Assembly: GCA_963784445.1 (NCBI GenBank)
Contig: CAWARO010000002.1
Coordinates: 563,733 to 627,732 of the forward strand
Reading direction: 5' to 3'
Length of the DNA: 64,000 nucleotides
Source of the DNA: an uncultured Acidimicrobiia bacterium
GTDB lineage: Bacteria; Acidobacteriota; Vicinamibacteria; Vicinamibacterales; UBA2999
How positions within the stretch are numbered: the stretch's first letter is position 1; each line of letters begins with the position of its first letter. Under the pieces are notes generated by a model. The model saw only the letters and a program-made list of their open reading frames with translations, did no database searches and had not been told where the DNA came from. Below, in pieces: positions 1 to 9,045 of the stretch. Position numbers and translations under genes: made by a program.

Positions 1-1710
1 GACGACCTTGAAACCCGGCCGCTGATCGGCACCGAGAACGAAGTCGCCAGCAACAGCACGATGTGGTTCTCGCCCGATGGGCGGTCGATCGCGTTCTACG
101 CCGGTGGCACGATCAAGCGGGTGGAGAGCACCGGCGGTGCGCCGCAGGTCATTTGCAAGGTGCCCTCGGTCGCGGTGGGCGGTTCGTGGAGTACCGACGG
201 CACCATCGTGGTCGGCAACGTCGGCGGCGGGCTGATGCGATGCCCGGCGAGCGGCGGCGACGCGGCGCCCGTGACCGCGAAGGTTTCGGACGATCCAACC
301 GAGATTCATTTGCTCCCGACGTTTCTCCCTGACAACCAGCGCGTCATCTACCTGCGCGTCTGGCGTTCCAACCCATCGCGGGCAGGCGTGTATCTGGCCG
401 ACTTGCGACGCGCGCCCGATCAGCAACGTGACGAACGGCTGCTGACGACCAATTTTGGTGCCGACCTCGTCACGTCTCCCGACGGATCGGGCCGCCTCGT
501 GTTCCTCCGTGACGACGTGCTGATGCAGGTGCCCTTCGATCTCGAGCGTGGGGTGCTCACCGGTGAACCGACCGAAATCGCCAAGGGCGTCGGTTCGTTC
601 CGCGACGGCGCGAACGTTCATGTGTCGACAACCACGCTCGCGTATCGCACCATCAACCAGGAGTCGCAATTGACGTGGGTCGATCGCGCCGGTCAACGCA
701 CCGCCACGATCGGCGAACCCGGGCAGTACGCCGGCCTGGCTTTGTCGCCCGACGGCGCGCGTGTGGTCGCCGTGCGCGAGAATCGATTGAACCGCGCGGA
801 CGCCGATCTCTGGATGGTCGATCTGCAACGCGCCACGACCACCCGTTTCACGACCGATTCGATGCCGGAGTCCGTGCCGGCGTGGTCGGCCGACGGCGCG
901 TCGGTGATCTACGTGACCGGCCATGATGGCGGCAGTATCTGGCGGCAGCCGCTGTCAGGCGCGCCGCGGTCGGCAATCCTCTCGCAATCAACGCCGCTGC
1001 CGTTTCGCGTCAATTCGATTCTCACCAGTCTCCATGCCACGCCGGATGGCCGCTTCCTGCTGTTTGAAGCCGAAAACCGCGGCGGTTCGCGAGACGATGT
1101 CTGGCGCCTGCCCACGAGCGGCAACGCGTCGCCGTCGGTGGTCCTGGGGCAGCCGTTCAACGAAGGCATGGCCGAGGTCTCGGCGGATGGCCGGTGGATC
1201 GCGTACGTCTCGAACGAGTCAGGTGTGGACGAGGTGTTCATCGCGCGATGGACTGCGGCGACGGCCACGGCGGGAACCGCCACCCTCGTGTCGCGCGGCG
1301 GAGGCACGGCGCCGCGATGGCGTCGCGACAGCCAGGAACTCTTCTACCAATCGGCCGCCGGGCGTATCGTCGCGGTTACGGTCAGCGGAGAACGGATCGG
1401 CGAGCCGGTTGCGTTGTTCGATGCACCGGGCATGCCGGCGAACTGGGCCGTCACTGATGATGGACGGCGCTTCCTCGTCGCCCTACCCGTGTCACAAGGC
1501 GCGACGATCCCCTTTACGGTCGTCCTCAACTGGCAATCGGCAGATCACGTAACGAATCGGGATCCGGAGATCCGGGAGCTGGGATCAGGATGCACTACCA
1601 GATCCGCGCTCCCGGCTCCCGGATCCCTTCAGTTTCAGAATTCGTACCTAAGCGCGAACTGCATGCAGCGTCCCGCCTGCGCGTCGCAGGTGGCGAGCGT
1701 GCCGTTGTAG
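1..1710 (+). CDS. PD40/TolB-like beta-propeller repeat protein, C-terminal portion (5' end off-window, 3' end doubtful)
   Basis: Frame 1 is open from base 1 (DDLETRPLIGTENEVASNST precedes the first Met), so the gene starts upstream. There are repeated PD40-type blades: FSPDGRSIAF, LSPDGARVVA, WSADGASVIY, ATPDGRFLLF, VSADGRWIAY. After ...FTVVLNWQ the ORF runs through a heptamer hairpin and 75 nt antisense to the next gene, so the last ~50 codons are suspect. Confidence 0.7.
   Translation, partial: DDLETRPLIGTENEVASNSTMWFSPDGRSIAFYAGGTIKRVESTGGAPQVICKVPSVAVGGSWSTDGTIVVGNVGGGLMRCPASGGDAAPVTAKVSDDPTEIHLLPTFLPDNQRVIYLRVWRSNPSRAGVYLADLRRAPDQQRDERLLTTNFGADLVTSPDGSGRLVFLRDDVLMQVPFDLERGVLTGEPTEIAKGVGSFRDGANVHVSTTTLAYRTINQESQLTWVDRAGQRTATIGEPGQYAGLALSPDGARVVAVRENRLNRADADLWMVDLQRATTTRFTTDSMPESVPAWSADGASVIYVTGHDGGSIWRQPLSGAPRSAILSQSTPLPFRVNSILTSLHATPDGRFLLFEAENRGGSRDDVWRLPTSGNASPSVVLGQPFNEGMAEVSADGRWIAYVSNESGVDEVFIARWTAATATAGTATLVSRGGGTAPRWRRDSQELFYQSAAGRIVAVTVSGERIGEPVALFDAPGMPANWAVTDDGRRFLVALPVSQGATIPFTVVLNWQSADHVTNRDPEIRELGSGCTTRSALPAPGSLQFQNSYLSANCMQRPACASQVASVPL
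1558..1627. repeat. Imperfect inverted repeat built from GGGATCC-like heptamers (convergent-gene junction)
   Basis: gggatccggagatccgggagctgggatcagg ... gatccgcgctcccggctcccggatccc. The two arms are roughly reverse-complementary around an ~11-nt loop. It belongs to the same heptamer family as 10099-10214, 48355-48389 and 51114-51187. Confidence 0.6.
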
Positions 1711-4700
1711 CGGCCGAAGCCGGCGAGGTCGGGCGTATTCGTGAGCTGGGCCACGTCGAATTTCGCCGCGTCGGTGGCGTTGAACACGTCCCAACGGAAG
1801 CGAAGACGGTGGTCGGCAATCCCGATCCGGAACGACTTGCTCAGGCTGAGGTCGACGTTGAAGTAGCCGTCGCCTCTGAACGGATTACGCAAGCCCTGCT
1901 CGCCTGGCAACGCCCGCCGGAAGAACGTCAGCGCATCGGTGGCATTGGCGAACGGGCTCGGCCGTCCGTCCACCGCGTTCTCGACGGTCTTGGTTTCCGG
2001 CAACCGGCCCTCATCTACCAGCATGGCGTTGCCCTGCAGGTTCCAGTTGGTCGCCCAGCACGAGCGGCAGTTCGCCACGCTGAACGGGAAGCCGCTGGTC
2101 CAGCGCAGCAGGCCGGCGATCGACCAGTCGCCGATGAATGTATTCATCGCGTTGCTGACGCCGCCGCCAAAGCGCTTGCCCTGGCCGAACGGCAGTTCCG
2201 CGAGCCAGTTGGTGTTGATCTGGTGGCGTATGTCGAAGTCGGAGGTGCCGTAGTTCAACTCCGGTTCGAACGAGTTGATCAGGAACCCCGTGCTGCCGCC
2301 GTTGCTGAAGTTGCCGAAGCTGCTGCCGCGCTCGACCTGCGAGCCCATGTCCTCGGATTTCGCCAGCGTGTAGTTGATGTCGAACTGCACGCCGTCGGCG
2401 AAGCGGCGCCGCAGCGAGAGGTTCATGCCGTTGTAGTTCGCGCGGCCGATGGAGCTAATCGCGGCGAGCGAGTCATACTGTTCCGCGAAGAACGCGTACG
2501 GGCCGAACTTGGTGCACGCCGGCGAGCAGGCGGTGTCCATGTCATACAGCGCCGTGATCCAGTCCGGCCCGTTCTGCATGAACGCGCGGGTGATGGCCTG
2601 CGTGGCCGTCAAGCCGCCGCCGGCCGCAGCGGGAACGAGGTTCTCCCAATACGCCATGCGCGGCAGGCCGGCGTAGGCGCTGGCCGGCGAATTCGCCGAA
2701 ATGCCCGCCGCCTGCGCGGCGCGAATCATCGCCTGCGCGGCGGTGAAGTAATCCATGCCCGACCCGGGGTCGGTGAGGTTGAGCGGCATCGCGATGTCGC
2801 GCCGGATCAGCATGTCGCGGCCGAAGCGGCCGACATAGCCGACTTCCATCGAGTAGTTGCGGGTCAGGTCATAGCCGATGATGGCGCTGGCCATGTGCGC
2901 GGAGGGCGTCACCAGCGTGTCGTCGATGCTTGACGTGATGATGCCCGCGCGCTGCGGCGGTGTCTGCGGGAAGCCGCCAGGGGGCGCGGCCGGCATGGTC
3001 GGCGGCATCGTGCTGATGTTCACGAAGCGCGCGCCGGGATTGGTTTCATACGCGCCGCCGAACGGGCTGCTGATTTGCGTCGACATGCCGAACGCGAAGC
3101 CTTCGTCGAAGTTGGTGGCGAGGCCGACGCCGACGCGATCGAACACTTTCGAGTAGCCGCCGCGGACCACTAAACGCTCGGCCGGCGTCCAGGCCAGGGC
3201 GATGCGTGGCGCGAAGTTGTTCTTGTCCCACGCGTAGAAGCCCGGCTTGTTGTTCTTCGGGCCGGCGAGATCGAAGGTGACGATCTGGCTGGCGCTCGAC
3301 GGGATGCCCGCCTTCATGTTCGCCATCCGCTGGTCGAACCACTGGCCCATGCTGACCGTCGGCGCCACCTGCATGCCATTGGTTTCATAGGGTGGTGAAT
3401 ACAGGCTGTAGCGCACGCCGGCCGTGAGCGTGAGATTCGGGCGCAGCTGCCACGCGTCCTGGACGTACCACTCGTACTCATCCGACCCGATCTCGCGCGC
3501 CACCGCGCTGCCGGGCGCCTGCGGCGTGCCGTCCTTGTTGTAGTTGGCGCGCTGCGTGGCCTGGGAGAGGACACCGATGATGTTCAGCCAGGCATCAGCG
3601 TACCCCGCCTGGCCGCCAGTGGCCACTGCCGGCAGGTTGCAGCCTGGAACGGTGCAGAACGCGCTGCCTGGCATGTTGCGGCGGCCGATGCCAGCCACCC
3701 ACGACGGGTTGACGGTGGCGCTGAGGTACGAGGTCTGGAAGCGGTTCTTGGGCACGCGCGTGAAGCGGATGTTGGTGCCCGCCTTCATCGTGTGACGGCC
3801 TTTGAACCACGACAGGTCGTTGACGAAGTTCTGCGTCGGCGTGGCGCGAGTATCCGTGAACGACGAACCCATGCCTTCGTACGGGGAGATGAACCGGAAG
3901 GTGTTGTAGTTGCTGTTGGTCAATCCGGCGTTGTTCTCGTCGATCTTCGTGAAGCCGTAGCGGAAGCTGTTGGTCAGCGTCGGCGATAGCACCGCGTCGT
4001 AGCCGATCGCGCCGCCCCAGTTGTTGAACAGGCGCTGGCGCAGCGGATCGAGCCCCTCGAACTGCGGAGCGGTATTGATCGTGTCGTCCTGCTTGCCGAT
4101 GCGCGCGAAGAAGCTGTGATTGTCGGCGGCCTTGTAGTCGACGCGGCTGACGATATTGAAGAAGTCGTTCTCGATCGGCGCGGCGAAGCGGTAGTCCATC
4201 AGGTTGCGGCCGTCGCGCCCCGGATCGTTTGGCGCCGGGTACTTCTGGAAATACGCCAGTGCGGCGGCGCTCGGGCCAATGCCCAGCGGATCGATCGCCG
4301 CGATTTCCGCCGGCGTCATGCCGTACCAGCCGGCAGGTACCGAGTGGTTGCCGGTGACGCCGCGCACCGAACCACCGGGGCACGCTCCGGCGGTGGCGCA
4401 CTGATACATCAGCACGCCGTCGCGCATCGAGTTCGACGGCACGTTGCGGAGCACCGGCGCTTCGCTCTGCTCCTTCAACTGTTCGAGGTTGGCGAAGAAG
4501 AACAACCGGTTGCGCTGGATTGGTCCGCCGAACGAGCCGCCGAAGATGTCCTTGTCGAGTTTCGGCGCTTTGCTTTCCTGACCCGCCGCCTCTTGCGACA
4601 GCTCGAGGAAATACTCGTTGGTCGAGGTCGCCGTGCGGCGGAACGTCCAGTAGGCGGAGCCGTCGAACTGGTTGGTGCCGCTGCGTGTGACCAGAGACAC

Positions 4701-5462
4701 CTGCGGGCCGCTCGAACGTCCCATCTCGGCGTTGTAGTTCGAGGTGCTGACACGGAATTCCTGCAGCGCTTCCTGCGTCATGCGGATCGCCGAGGTGTAG
4801 GCGGTGGCCATCTGCGGATCGTTCACGTCGATGCCGTCGAGCGTGACGCTCTGCTGGTCAGCGCGCGCGCCCGCCACCGATCCGTAACGCGGATCGACGG
4901 TGGCCGGGTTGCTGGTGGGAATGAAGACCGCGCCCGGCTGCAGGCTGAGCAGGTGGACCACGTTCTGCGCTTCCACCGGGAGTTGGCGAATCTGCTCGCG
5001 CGACATCACGTTGCCGACGCTGGCGTCGGTCGTATTCAGGTGCGTGGTCTCCGAGACCACGCTCACGGTTTCAGCGACGCCGCCCACTTCGAGCGTGACC
5101 GTTTCGCGCCTCACCGAGTCGACCTGGAGAACCACTTGCTCGACCTGCGCCGTCTTGAATCCGGCGAGCTCGACCCTGAGCGTGTAGACGCCCGGCTGCA
5201 CATTGGCGAGGCGGAACGCGCCGCGATCGTCCGTGGTGGTAACCTGCGAGGCCGAGGTGGCCGCGGAGGTCAGCGTGACGGTGGCGCCGGGGATTACTTG
5301 TTTCTGAGAGTCGACCACGTCTCCAACGAGGGCGGCGGTGCCCGTTTGAGCGTGAGCGGCGGGTCCGGTCAGGTGCAATAGCGCAACCAGACCAAAGCAG
5401 GCCAGTATTCGCAGTTTGATGCGAGGCTGAGTCAAGACATCCTCCAAACGGAAGCGGTTCAA
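1635..5462 (-). CDS. TonB-dependent-receptor-like outer-membrane protein with N-terminal carboxypeptidase-regulatory-like domain
   Basis: 1275-aa ORF with a signal-like segment LRILACFGLVALLHLTGPAAHAQ. VIPGATVTLTS...TTDDRGAFRLANVQPGVYTLRVELAGF resembles a CarboxypepD_reg fold. A long beta-rich body ends in the aromatic ...FALRYEF. The ORF-track start at 5462 is TTG. An in-frame TTG at 5435 lies 5 nt after GGAGG (5441-5445, minus strand) and is the likelier start. Confidence 0.9.
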   Translation of the reverse strand: MNRFRLEDVLTQPRIKLRILACFGLVALLHLTGPAAHAQTGTAALVGDVVDSQKQVIPGATVTLTSAATSASQVTTTDDRGAFRLANVQPGVYTLRVELAGFKTAQVEQVVLQVDSVRRETVTLEVGGVAETVSVVSETTHLNTTDASVGNVMSREQIRQLPVEAQNVVHLLSLQPGAVFIPTSNPATVDPRYGSVAGARADQQSVTLDGIDVNDPQMATAYTSAIRMTQEALQEFRVSTSNYNAEMGRSSGPQVSLVTRSGTNQFDGSAYWTFRRTATSTNEYFLELSQEAAGQESKAPKLDKDIFGGSFGGPIQRNRLFFFANLEQLKEQSEAPVLRNVPSNSMRDGVLMYQCATAGACPGGSVRGVTGNHSVPAGWYGMTPAEIAAIDPLGIGPSAAALAYFQKYPAPNDPGRDGRNLMDYRFAAPIENDFFNIVSRVDYKAADNHSFFARIGKQDDTINTAPQFEGLDPLRQRLFNNWGGAIGYDAVLSPTLTNSFRYGFTKIDENNAGLTNSNYNTFRFISPYEGMGSSFTDTRATPTQNFVNDLSWFKGRHTMKAGTNIRFTRVPKNRFQTSYLSATVNPSWVAGIGRRNMPGSAFCTVPGCNLPAVATGGQAGYADAWLNIIGVLSQATQRANYNKDGTPQAPGSAVAREIGSDEYEWYVQDAWQLRPNLTLTAGVRYSLYSPPYETNGMQVAPTVSMGQWFDQRMANMKAGIPSSASQIVTFDLAGPKNNKPGFYAWDKNNFAPRIALAWTPAERLVVRGGYSKVFDRVGVGLATNFDEGFAFGMSTQISSPFGGAYETNPGARFVNISTMPPTMPAAPPGGFPQTPPQRAGIITSSIDDTLVTPSAHMASAIIGYDLTRNYSMEVGYVGRFGRDMLIRRDIAMPLNLTDPGSGMDYFTAAQAMIRAAQAAGISANSPASAYAGLPRMAYWENLVPAAAGGGLTATQAITRAFMQNGPDWITALYDMDTACSPACTKFGPYAFFAEQYDSLAAISSIGRANYNGMNLSLRRRFADGVQFDINYTLAKSEDMGSQVERGSSFGNFSNGGSTGFLINSFEPELNYGTSDFDIRHQINTNWLAELPFGQGKRFGGGVSNAMNTFIGDWSIAGLLRWTSGFPFSVANCRSCWATNWNLQGNAMLVDEGRLPETKTVENAVDGRPSPFANATDALTFFRRALPGEQGLRNPFRGDGYFNVDLSLSKSFRIGIADHRLRFRWDVFNATDAAKFDVAQLTNTPDLAGFGRYNGTLATCDAQAGRCMQFALRYEF

Positions 5463-5554
5463 TGCAGTTCGTCCCTGGTTCAGACCAGCTGAAACCCGGA
5501 AACCCGCGATTAGTCACTTCGCGGCACGGCGTAAAATGGCCTTTCGGAGCAACG

Positions 5555-7618
5555 ATGTCAAGGGAGACTGCATCTCTGCTGGGATGGATTGCATTGGCCG
5601 CCGCCGGCATGACCGTGGCGGCCCAGCAACCCTTCGACTTGGCTCAGGGCAAGCCCTTCGACTTGGCTCAGGGCAAGCCCTTCGACTTCGCTCACCCCTC
5701 GACTCCGCTCGGGGTGACCCTGAGCTTGTCGAAGGGTCAGGGCAAGCCGACCTTCCGCTCCGGCGTTGACCTCGTCACCGTCGACGCCGCCGTGCATGAC
5801 TCCGATGGACGGCCGGTGAGCTCCTTGACGGCCGAGGACTTCCGCCTGGAGGTCGATGGCCGTCCCCGAGCGATTGCCACTGCACAATTTGTATCCCTGG
5901 ATACGTCGGAAACGTCGCAGCCGGCCGCCGCCGCCACCCATTTCAGCTCCAACGAAGGCGCCGACGCCGGCCGGGTCATCGTGATCGCGGTGGACGAAGC
6001 GCACATCCGCCGGCTCGAGGGGAAGCACGCGCTCGTGGCCGCGACCCGGTTCATCGAAGCGTTGCCGCCGGCCGATCGCGTGGCGGTGGTCGGGCTGTCG
6101 AGCGCCGATCGCTTCACGCTGACGCTGGATCGCGTGGCCCTCAGGCGACACCTGGAGTCGCTCACCGGCATCGGCGATCCGATGACGCAACAGCTGAACC
6201 TCGGCGTGAGCGAGGCGCTCGAGATTGCCGAAGGCAGTCGCGCGCGGCTGGCCGACGCGGTGCTGCGTGAATGCGGCCGCGCGTTGACCGAGTACGTCAG
6301 CACGGCGCGCGCCGCGGATGACGCGGCGGGGGCCCGCGATGCGTGTCCGGAGCAGGTCGAACAGGAATCACGCGCCATGGCGCAGTACGCGCACATGCAG
6401 GCCGGCATGTCGCTTGGATCGCTGCAGGCCCTCATCGCGCGGCTGAAAGACCTGCCGGGCCCCAAGACGGTGGTGCTGATCTCGGAAGGGATGATCGTCG
6501 ATCCGCGGCGCGTGGATTTGTCGCAGCTGGCGGCACAGGCGCAGGCCGCGCGCGTGACGATCTACGGCCTTCAGCTCGAGATCCCGGCGTTCGAAGCGTC
6601 GCAGGATCGCGTCTCGCCAACCGCGCAGCGCGATCTCCATGTCCGTCACGACGGGGTGTCGAGAGTAGTGGGGGCCGCGCGTGGTGCGGTGTTCCGCCAG
6701 GTGGGCACCGATCCGAAACCGTTCGAGCGGATCTCTCGTGAGCTGACGGGATACTACCTCCTCGCCTTCGAGGCGCGCGACGGCGATCGCGACGGCCGTC
6801 CGCACCGCATTCGCGTCTCGCTCGCGCGCCGTGGTGGCGAGTTGCGCGCGCGGACCGGGTTCACGCTGCCGGCGCCCAGCCTGGCGGCGCGCGGCGCCGA
6901 GCTCACCGCGTTATTGCGCACGTTGCAACCAGTGACGGAGTTGCCGTTGCGCGTAGCGACCTATGCCTATGCCGAGCCATCGGCGGAGAAGGTGCGCGTG
7001 GTCATCAGTGCGGAGGCCGGCCGCCGCGACACCCCGTCGGGCACGTGGCTGGGGTTTGTACTGATTGACGGGGCCGGCGTGATCGCCGCCACTGCAACCC
7101 ACCAGGCCCGCGACGGCCGCTATTCATTCAGCGCGGTCGTACCCGCGGGCACCTATACTTTGCGCGCCGCGGCGATCGATCCCTTTGGCCGGCAAGGCAG
7201 CGTCGAGCGGCTGTTCCGCGTGCTGCCGGCGGCCGCCGACGAACTGCATCTCGGCGACTTGATGCTGGCCGCACCGCCGGCGTCGCCGAATGATCGGCTG
7301 GAGCCATTCATCGATCGCGTTACCGGCAGCGCCGTGGTGGCCTACTTGGAGATGCACGGCAGTGGGGGTGCGCCGCGGCCTGAGGCCGTTCGCGTTCATA
7401 TTGCCGCGAGCGCTTCAGGTGATCCCCTGGTCTCGGCGGCGGCCACGACGGCGGTCCAAGAGGGCGGCTGGTCGATGGCGCGCGCCACGCTGCCCATCGC
7501 GGCGTTGCCGCCCGGCAGCTATGTGGCGCGGGCGGAGATCGTGTCGCGCGGTGCCGTGGTCGGCCGCACTTTCGGCCTTTTACGATCGACCGCTAACCTC
7601 GGCACTCGATGCACCTGA
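5555..7618 (+). CDS. VWA-domain protein of the VWFA-related acidobacterial type
   Basis: ATG 5555 is preceded by GGAG (5546-5549). The signal peptide is MSRETASLLGWIALAAAGMTVAAQQ. TFRSGVDLVTVDAAVHDSDGRPVSSLTAEDFRLEVDGRPRAI matches the N-terminal module typical of this family, followed by a VWA-like core (RVIVIAVDEAH ... TVVLISEG). The ORF-track start at 5462 is less likely. Confidence 0.8.
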   Translation: MSRETASLLGWIALAAAGMTVAAQQPFDLAQGKPFDLAQGKPFDFAHPSTPLGVTLSLSKGQGKPTFRSGVDLVTVDAAVHDSDGRPVSSLTAEDFRLEVDGRPRAIATAQFVSLDTSETSQPAAAATHFSSNEGADAGRVIVIAVDEAHIRRLEGKHALVAATRFIEALPPADRVAVVGLSSADRFTLTLDRVALRRHLESLTGIGDPMTQQLNLGVSEALEIAEGSRARLADAVLRECGRALTEYVSTARAADDAAGARDACPEQVEQESRAMAQYAHMQAGMSLGSLQALIARLKDLPGPKTVVLISEGMIVDPRRVDLSQLAAQAQAARVTIYGLQLEIPAFEASQDRVSPTAQRDLHVRHDGVSRVVGAARGAVFRQVGTDPKPFERISRELTGYYLLAFEARDGDRDGRPHRIRVSLARRGGELRARTGFTLPAPSLAARGAELTALLRTLQPVTELPLRVATYAYAEPSAEKVRVVISAEAGRRDTPSGTWLGFVLIDGAGVIAATATHQARDGRYSFSAVVPAGTYTLRAAAIDPFGRQGSVERLFRVLPAAADELHLGDLMLAAPPASPNDRLEPFIDRVTGSAVVAYLEMHGSGGAPRPEAVRVHIAASASGDPLVSAAATTAVQEGGWSMARATLPIAALPPGSYVARAEIVSRGAVVGRTFGLLRSTANLGTRCT
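5630..5748. repeat. 24-nt tandem repeat (2.9 copies) plus an inverted copy, in frame inside the VWA gene
   Basis: cccttcgacttggctcagggcaag occurs at 5630-5653 and 5654-5677, with a partial copy at 5678-5698. An inverted copy ggggtgaccctgagcttgtcgaaggg lies at 5711-5736. The region translates as PFDLAQGK PFDLAQGK PFDFAH...LSLSKGQGK. Confidence 0.85.
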
Positions 7619-7637
7619 TGCACCCGACGCACCCGAT
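7602..7637. repeat. 9-nt tandem repeat x4 (GCACYYGAY) straddling the VWA gene stop codon
   Basis: gcactcgat gcacctgat gcacccgac gcacccgat. The TGA stop (7616-7618) lies inside unit 2. Confidence 0.75.
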
Positions 7638-7662
7638 CTTTTCGCGATAGGATCGGCGGTCT

Positions 7663-9045
7663 ATGACGCGACCACCCTTCAAGTCCTCAAGTCCTTCCAC
7701 CTTCGCCAAGACTATGGTGGACAAGCAGGCCCTCAAGACCATTTGTGTTATTGCCGCGGCCGCACTCACCGTCGCGACGCTGACCGTTAGGCCCCTGGCA
7801 CAAGCCGGAGCGGACGCGGCGCTCATTCAGAAGGCGCGCGCGATTCACGATCGCGTGATCACGCTCGATACGCACGCCGACATCAACCCCGACAACTTCA
7901 CGCGCGCGAAGAACTACACGCAGCGGCTCGAGACGCAGGTGAACCTGCCGAAGATGGTGGAAGGCGGTCTCGACGCCGCGTTCTTCATCGTCTACGTGGG
8001 TCAGGGCCCGATGACGCCCGAAGGCTACGATGCTGCCTACAAGCAGGCGGTGGCGAAGTTCGAGGCGGTCCATCACCTGACCAAGGAGATCGCGCCCGGA
8101 CAGATCGAATTGGCGCTGACCGCTGCGGACGTCGCGCGCATCGCGAAGTCGGGCAAGAAGGTGGCGCTCATCGGCATCGAGAACGCCTATCCGCTTGGCA
8201 CCGACATCAAGCGGGTGAAGGAGTTCTACGATCGCGGCGGCCGCTACATTTCTCTCGCGCACAACGGCCATAGCCAGTTCGCCGATTCCAATACCGGCGA
8301 GCGCGACGGCAAGTGGCTGCACAACGGCCTCAGCGAGCTTGGCAAACAGGTGATTGCCGAAGCGAACAGGTGGGGGCTGATGATCGATCTCTCGCACCCC
8401 TCGAAGGCTGCCAACATGCAGGCGCTCGCGTTGTCGAAAGCGCCGGTCATCGCCTCGCACTCGGCGGCGCGGGCGCTCGCCGATCATTCGCGCAACATGG
8501 ACGATGAGCAGTTGCTGGCGTTGAAGAAAAACGGCGGCGTCATCCAGACGGTGGCGTTTGCGAGCTACGTCAAGATCAATAAGCCGGATTCGCCTGAGCG
8601 CGCGGCGGCGATTGCGGTGCTGCGGAAGGAATTTGGATTGCCCGCGGCCGGCCAGGGCGGCGGACCTGGTACCGGCGGCGGCGGGGGCGGCGGCGCGATG
8701 AACCGCCTGACGCCGGAGCAGCGGAAACAGTACATCGAGCGCATGGCGGAGATCGACAAGAAGACGCCGGGCGATCCCCGCGCCACCGTTGCCGAGTTCG
8801 TCAATCACATCGATTACCTCGTGAAGAAGATCGGCCTTGATCACGTCGGCATCTCGTCGGATTTCGACGGCGGCGGCGGTGTGACCGGCTGGAACGGCGC
8901 GGAAGAAACCTTCAACGTGACGCTGGAGCTGGTGCGGCGCGGCTACACCGAGGAACAGATCGCCAAGATCTGGAGCGGCAACCTGCTGCGCGTGATGGCC
9001 GAGGTCGACAAGGTCGCGAAGCAGATTCAAGCAGGGCAAAAATAG
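7663..9045 (+). CDS. Membrane dipeptidase (peptidase family M19)
   Basis: M19 hallmark blocks are present: ITLDTHADI, ISLAHNGHSQFADS, MIDLSHPS, VIASHSAARAL, HVGISSDFDGGGG. The signal-like N-terminus is KTICVIAAAALTVATLTVRPLAQA, with an alternative start Met at 7714. There is a Gly-rich insert GQGGGPGTGGGGGGGA. Confidence 0.9.
   Translation: MTRPPFKSSSPSTFAKTMVDKQALKTICVIAAAALTVATLTVRPLAQAGADAALIQKARAIHDRVITLDTHADINPDNFTRAKNYTQRLETQVNLPKMVEGGLDAAFFIVYVGQGPMTPEGYDAAYKQAVAKFEAVHHLTKEIAPGQIELALTAADVARIAKSGKKVALIGIENAYPLGTDIKRVKEFYDRGGRYISLAHNGHSQFADSNTGERDGKWLHNGLSELGKQVIAEANRWGLMIDLSHPSKAANMQALALSKAPVIASHSAARALADHSRNMDDEQLLALKKNGGVIQTVAFASYVKINKPDSPERAAAIAVLRKEFGLPAAGQGGGPGTGGGGGGGAMNRLTPEQRKQYIERMAEIDKKTPGDPRATVAEFVNHIDYLVKKIGLDHVGISSDFDGGGGVTGWNGAEETFNVTLELVRRGYTEEQIAKIWSGNLLRVMAEVDKVAKQIQAGQK

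Noticed and set aside
1590-5381. Plus-strand ORFs 1590-2933 (447 aa) and 4116-5381 (421 aa)
   Set aside because: Both are antisense to the 1275-aa TonB-receptor-like gene. They show no motifs and have Arg/Ala/Val-rich composition.
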